From an uncultured Candidatus Berkelbacteria bacterium (lineage in GTDB: Bacteria; Patescibacteriota; UBA1384; CAILIB01), in assembly GCA_903834195.1 (NCBI GenBank), contig CAILIB010000003.1, forward strand, positions 5,477-69,476: a stretch of DNA of 64,000 bases, read 5' to 3'. Position 1 is the first letter of the stretch. Each line of letters starts with the position of its first letter. Position numbers and translations under genes: made by a program. Shown here one piece after another: positions 59,873 to 64,000 of this stretch. The notes under the pieces were generated by a model. It was not told the DNA's origin. It ran no database searches and was given only the letters and a program-made list of their open reading frames with translations.

Positions 59873-60442
59873 TCATCCTTTGCAGAGAAATTTCATGAGC
59901 ATTCCTCGTTTTCGAATTTTCCCGTCGGCACCTGGTTTATCGGGAAACGCATCGATCCACTTTCCACCAATCAAAACCTGTTGTTTCAGGTACCACTGCC
60001 GTATACCGCGAGTACCCTCCTTGATTTTGAACTGGAGGAAGAAATCGCAGGCTGTTCCTGGGTGAGATGTAAGCTCACCAGACTTAACTTTCCAGAAGTC
60101 AGAGTTAGCTGGCGTAGATGGTAGCGGGATATCCTGAGGCACCCCATCCAGACCGTCAACACTTTCGATGTGAATTCTTCTGGTCTTTTCGCTCCAGTCC
60201 TGACCACCAGCATTAATGATAGGGAACAACTTCAAGTATAGCTGTCCACTATGAACGATGCTGGACAGTTGAACTTCAAGCGGAAGCTTGGGATCATAAT
60301 CCTTCATCGTTTCTCTGGATGCGTCGAACCGGGCATTGTCAAACGGTAGCGTAGGGGGTGCGTACTTTCTCGACTCAGTCGTTTGGCCAAAGGCGCACTG
60401 TAGCAACGCTACAAAAAGCGCAAAAATAAATATTCGATTCAC
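59873..60442 (-). CDS. Secreted hypothetical protein
   Basis: Signal peptide ending AFG|Q; GCGGTGA before a GTG start; own terminator. Confidence 0.65.
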   Translation of the reverse strand: MNRIFIFALFVALLQCAFGQTTESRKYAPPTLPFDNARFDASRETMKDYDPKLPLEVQLSSIVHSGQLYLKLFPIINAGGQDWSEKTRRIHIESVDGLDGVPQDIPLPSTPANSDFWKVKSGELTSHPGTACDFFLQFKIKEGTRGIRQWYLKQQVLIGGKWIDAFPDKPGADGKIRKRGMLMKFLCKG

Positions 60443-60515
60443 AAATCACCGCAAGAGCTGTCTCTGACAGATTGCCGAGTAAATATAGCAGAAAATGGCC
60501 TTTAGAGCAACGATC

Positions 60516-61286
60516 TTACTCTACAAAGCGAACTGATTTAAGCGGTTTGCCAATCTGAGTTTGCAAGTAATCAAACACAACTTTAGCCGTCTCTTTGCAG
60601 ACTGCCTCATCCGCCGACAACCTATCGCTAATAAACTCTGGCCGAGCAAATTGTCGCAGTACAACAACTGTTTTTGGATGATCTAAACGCAAAAAGGGGA
60701 ACTGCGATGTTTGAGGCGCGCGCTCACATACCACTCCACCAATCACACTACTCCACCCCACCCAGTGCTGATCCAATGCATCACCCGTAACCGCACAATG
60801 CGATAATTCAGGCTGATACCCCAAAACCGTCAGCATTTTAAAGAGGAGCTCGGCAACAATCAGCTGAAGCCGAATCGGATCAGGGTTAGATTCAGCGCAG
60901 CGACTATGAATACAATCGAGCGTATAAATTAACCCGTCATACACCTCAGGATGCGCTTCACGTTCAACAAAAAGCTTATCCACAGCCTCTGACAAGATTT
61001 CGGCGAACTGTAAAAATAAGAGCGTGTGTTCTGGGTACTGCGCTGCACTTTGCCCACCAATAACCTGCGCCTGAACAATCAAATAACTATTTCCAGCTTC
61101 CACTAACTCAAGCATCGTCGGCACATAGGCAAGTAAGTGCCCAGTTAAGCGAGATGTAGTCCGTCGTACTCCCCGTGCCCGCGCCCATACTTTGCCAAAT
61201 TCTCGAGTAAACAAAAGGTAGGATCGATCAGCATCGAACACATCCGCATCATGCAGAATGATGGCAGCCGTCTTTTTCTCTCTCAT
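60516..61286 (-). CDS. recO: DNA repair protein RecO
   Basis: DADR..LFTREFGKV.ARARGVR, LGYQPEL..C; near glyQS. Confidence 0.9.
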   Translation of the reverse strand: MREKKTAAIILHDADVFDADRSYLLFTREFGKVWARARGVRRTTSRLTGHLLAYVPTMLELVEAGNSYLIVQAQVIGGQSAAQYPEHTLLFLQFAEILSEAVDKLFVEREAHPEVYDGLIYTLDCIHSRCAESNPDPIRLQLIVAELLFKMLTVLGYQPELSHCAVTGDALDQHWVGWSSVIGGVVCERAPQTSQFPFLRLDHPKTVVVLRQFARPEFISDRLSADEAVCKETAKVVFDYLQTQIGKPLKSVRFVE

Positions 61287-61289
61287 AGA

Positions 61290-62159
61290 TTAATGTTGGC
61301 ACTCAGGACAATAATGAGTCGAGCGCCCAGCAACTTTAACCCGTTCTATAGTTCCTTCTAAACACCGTACACACTGCTGTCCGGTTCGGTGATATACCTG
61401 TGCAATCTTGAGGTACGTCCCTTTTTCGCCAATCGCATTCACGTAGTCCTTCTCACTTGAACCACCATAGAGCAATGCAAGTTCAAGAGTTTCACCAATT
61501 GCAGCATGCAAATTGCGCACTTCTCCGGAAGTTAAACTCCCAGAAAGTCGAACCGGCAATATTGCAGCCCGAAACAAACTCTCATCTGCGTAAATATTTC
61601 CCAAACCAGCTATGTTTGTCTGATCCAGTAGAAAAGATTTAATCGGCACACGAGGATGCTTTTTGATCTGTTGCGCGAGGTAATCAGATGTAAATTCTTT
61701 ATCTAATGGCTCAGGTCCAAGTTTCTGAATAAAATGAAGTTCTTCCAAACCCTTTTCATCGAGTACGCTCATCATGCCGAATTTACGCAGATCGTTGAAA
61801 TAAAGCGTTGAGCCATCACTAAAATCAATTACCACATGGGTATGCTTGTGAGGGAGAGGGTCCAAATACCCTTCAGACGGATGTCCGCCCATCACCGCTT
61901 CTTCTGATGCAGATTTAGCCGGTTTCCAGATTAACTGACCAGTCATCTTAAGGTGAACTGTAATTGCATGGCCGTCATCGAGAATAAAAACGAGCAGTTT
62001 GCCATGACGTCGTAACTCACTGATGTAGCGACCAATTACTGCCTCTTCATCGCCAGAAAACATTTTGCTTTCCCGAACAGTAATCTCCTCGATCGTTTTA
62101 CCGATTAAGCGAGGTGCAAGTCCGCGACGAATTGTTTCAACTTCAGGAAGTTCAGGCAT
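61290..62159 (-). CDS. mutM: Formamidopyrimidine-DNA glycosylase
   Basis: MPELPEVE, HLKMTG, GLGNIYADE, C-terminal zinc finger. Confidence 0.97.
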   Translation of the reverse strand: MPELPEVETIRRGLAPRLIGKTIEEITVRESKMFSGDEEAVIGRYISELRRHGKLLVFILDDGHAITVHLKMTGQLIWKPAKSASEEAVMGGHPSEGYLDPLPHKHTHVVIDFSDGSTLYFNDLRKFGMMSVLDEKGLEELHFIQKLGPEPLDKEFTSDYLAQQIKKHPRVPIKSFLLDQTNIAGLGNIYADESLFRAAILPVRLSGSLTSGEVRNLHAAIGETLELALLYGGSSEKDYVNAIGEKGTYLKIAQVYHRTGQQCVRCLEGTIERVKVAGRSTHYCPECQH

Positions 62160-63186
62160 GGGTGAGGTACTTTTCAGCTTCATTTAAATAGAGGAGTGCA
62201 GCGAGAACACGGGCAAGTTTTTTAGCATCATGCCGGATAAGTGTACGTGTGGCAGCCAGACGATCTACAGATTCAGGAATGATCGGAGGCTTCGTACTCA
62301 AGAGATTAGCGCCTACTAGCCGATAGGGCAAGCTCTTGCGCCGTTTCACATCCACCTTTACCGGACTACGCTCCATTTCCTTCTTATAAAGATCGAGTAA
62401 CCCAGGTGCTGGCAACCGATTATTATAAATTACATAATCAATTTGTCGCTCTCCAATATACTGCTCTATGAGGGCAGCAAAATCCTGGACTGAAAAAGAG
62501 CCAGTTTGACCTTTTTCGGTCATCAAGTTCACCACATAAGCTATTTTTGCCTTAGTTTTATGGAGCGCTTCACATACACCGTCAACTAATAAGTTTGGAA
62601 TAAGGCTTGTGTAAATACTTCCTGGCGCAATGACAATTAAATCAGCATTTAAAATTACCTGACGCGCCAGAGGGTGTACTGTGCAGGCCGGCTCAATCCA
62701 CAGTTTATTAATATGTTCCTTTTCAGACCACAGATGCTGCTCAATTGCATGCTCACCACTAACCGTTTTACCATCCAGAGTTTGGGCAAATAAGTGCATT
62801 TGATCTGTTGTAACCGGAATTACCTGACCGTTAATTGCCAAAATTTTTCCAGCCTCAAGCACTGCTTGATCAAACTTACCTGTCACCTTTTCAAGTGCTG
62901 ATAGGAGTAAATTACCAAAACTATGCCCTGACAAACTCCCCTCTTTAAAACGATAGTTAAACAGGTCGCGCAAAACTGATGAGTCTGCCGAAAGCGCTAC
63001 CAATGCCTGTCGAAGGTCTCCTGGAGGTAGCACGCCAAGCTCGTCACGTAGAATACCCGTTGAACCGCCATCATCCGCCGTCGAAACAATTGCAGAGATT
63101 TCAAATGGACTATCGCGCAAGGCCTGCAGCACACTAAAAGTTCCGGTCCCGCCACCTATCACAACCACTTTTTTTCGTGAACTCAT
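62152..63186 (-). CDS. yvcK: YvcK/GlmR-family UDP-GlcNAc-binding protein
   Basis: GGGTG, DDGGSTG, PPGDLR, GHSFGNL, PGSIYTS, RHD. Confidence 0.93.
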   Translation of the reverse strand: MSSRKKVVVIGGGTGTFSVLQALRDSPFEISAIVSTADDGGSTGILRDELGVLPPGDLRQALVALSADSSVLRDLFNYRFKEGSLSGHSFGNLLLSALEKVTGKFDQAVLEAGKILAINGQVIPVTTDQMHLFAQTLDGKTVSGEHAIEQHLWSEKEHINKLWIEPACTVHPLARQVILNADLIVIAPGSIYTSLIPNLLVDGVCEALHKTKAKIAYVVNLMTEKGQTGSFSVQDFAALIEQYIGERQIDYVIYNNRLPAPGLLDLYKKEMERSPVKVDVKRRKSLPYRLVGANLLSTKPPIIPESVDRLAATRTLIRHDAKKLARVLAALLYLNEAEKYLTHA

Positions 63187-63268
63187 TGCAGAAATATCTC
63201 GAGTAAGTTTAACGCTAGTATGCCAGATGTTTTCTTGCTAGGATAGGAGTACAGTAATACCTCGACCT

Positions 63269-63622
63269 ATGAGTGCTTCAGCAAGTCCAACAAGTCCACA
63301 ATACTGGCACGCTCTAATCAACCAGAGCGCAATCCGGTTTTTTATCCTTCGCGCCCTTTGGGACAAGGATTCCTACGGCTATATTCTTTCTAAGGAAATA
63401 GAGGAGTTATCATGGGGATTTTGCACTCCAACAGAGAGCACCCTCTACCCTGCCCTCAACGACCTCGAAAAGCGCGGCCTGATTCACAGTACAAAAACCA
63501 CTGCCAATTCTCGTACCCGCAAGGTGTACCATATTACCGAATCTGGTAAATTAGCCTTTCGTACCGCCGCCAAAACCTGGGGTGATATTATTCCTGCTAT
63601 TCGCAAGGCAACTACGTTATAA
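63269..63622 (+). CDS. PadR-family transcriptional regulator
   Basis: SYGY, STLYPALNDLE, RKVYHITESG. Confidence 0.92.
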   Translation: MSASASPTSPQYWHALINQSAIRFFILRALWDKDSYGYILSKEIEELSWGFCTPTESTLYPALNDLEKRGLIHSTKTTANSRTRKVYHITESGKLAFRTAAKTWGDIIPAIRKATTL

Positions 63623-63653
63623 AAAAATGGACCACCCTAGCTAGGGCGGTCCA
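63621..63653 (-). terminator. Intrinsic terminator between convergent genes
   Basis: TGGACCGCCCTAG/CTAGGGTGGTCCA followed by T7 on minus. Confidence 0.8.
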
Positions 63654-63660
63654 CGGTGGC

Positions 63661-63903
63661 TCAATTTCGTCTGATGTGAAATCGAGCCTCAATTCCTTTT
63701 AACCGAGAATCCGGTTCTAGATCCCAGGAAACTACTGGTTTCATGGGAACTTGAATGACTTTTTTTCTTGGTTTTCGGATATTCACCAGAGTCTCGTATA
63801 TGATGAGTGGGCTTAGTATAATTCCAGTAAGGAAGATAACTAGTCCAAAAAGCCCAACAAGCCAATCCCAGATTTGGGGTTGGTAGGACTCCAAGTCCTG
63901 CAT
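63661..63903 (-). CDS. Small single-TM hypothetical protein
   Basis: MQDLESYQPQIWDWLVGLFGLVIFLTGII...; ATG at 63903 follows GAGG; start uncertain. Confidence 0.45.
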   Translation of the reverse strand: MQDLESYQPQIWDWLVGLFGLVIFLTGIILSPLIIYETLVNIRKPRKKVIQVPMKPVVSWDLEPDSRLKGIEARFHIRRN

Positions 63904-64000
63904 AGCCTCTGGTGGGTGGATATTACTCCACCAAGCCGAGATTGGAATTGCCGAAAACTTAATCAAGAAATTTGCGATGAAAAAACTTGAAAGAATTAAC

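Overview
Chromosomal window from a small-genome bacterium that uses the standard genetic code (code 11). It is most likely Patescibacteria/CPR; this is inferred from the truncated ATP synthase delta subunit, Cys-free MutY, alpha2-type GlyRS and CPR-style protein domains. Left end: F0F1 ATP synthase operon (atpB'EFHAG-X-DC) with a beta-lactamase-family serine hydrolase inserted between atpG and atpD. 6.5-16 kb: a degenerate photolyase-like gene, a pilin-domain membrane protein, polyprenyl synthase, MutY, a DEAD-box helicase with a structured leader, and galE. 16-20 kb: a tightly coupled flavinylation redox operon (FMN-binding protein, ApbE, RnfD/NqrB-FNR fusion) extended by a nucleotidyltransferase and a membrane-anchored M15 peptidase. 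21-33 kb: a high-turnover accessory zone of small enzymes, gene remnants and SD-led orphan genes. It includes a two-gene unit ending in a signal-peptide, beta-barrel-like protein and is bounded by a compact 6S-like RNA. 33-64 kb: argS, tyrS, PBP1A, radA, recJ, a dcw cluster with two divergent murB paralogues, glyQS, recO, mutM, yvcK and padR, with orphan cassettes inserted between them. Many genes look leaderless. No CRISPR array, tRNA, rRNA or transposase was recognised. All calls come from reading motifs by eye; no searches were run.
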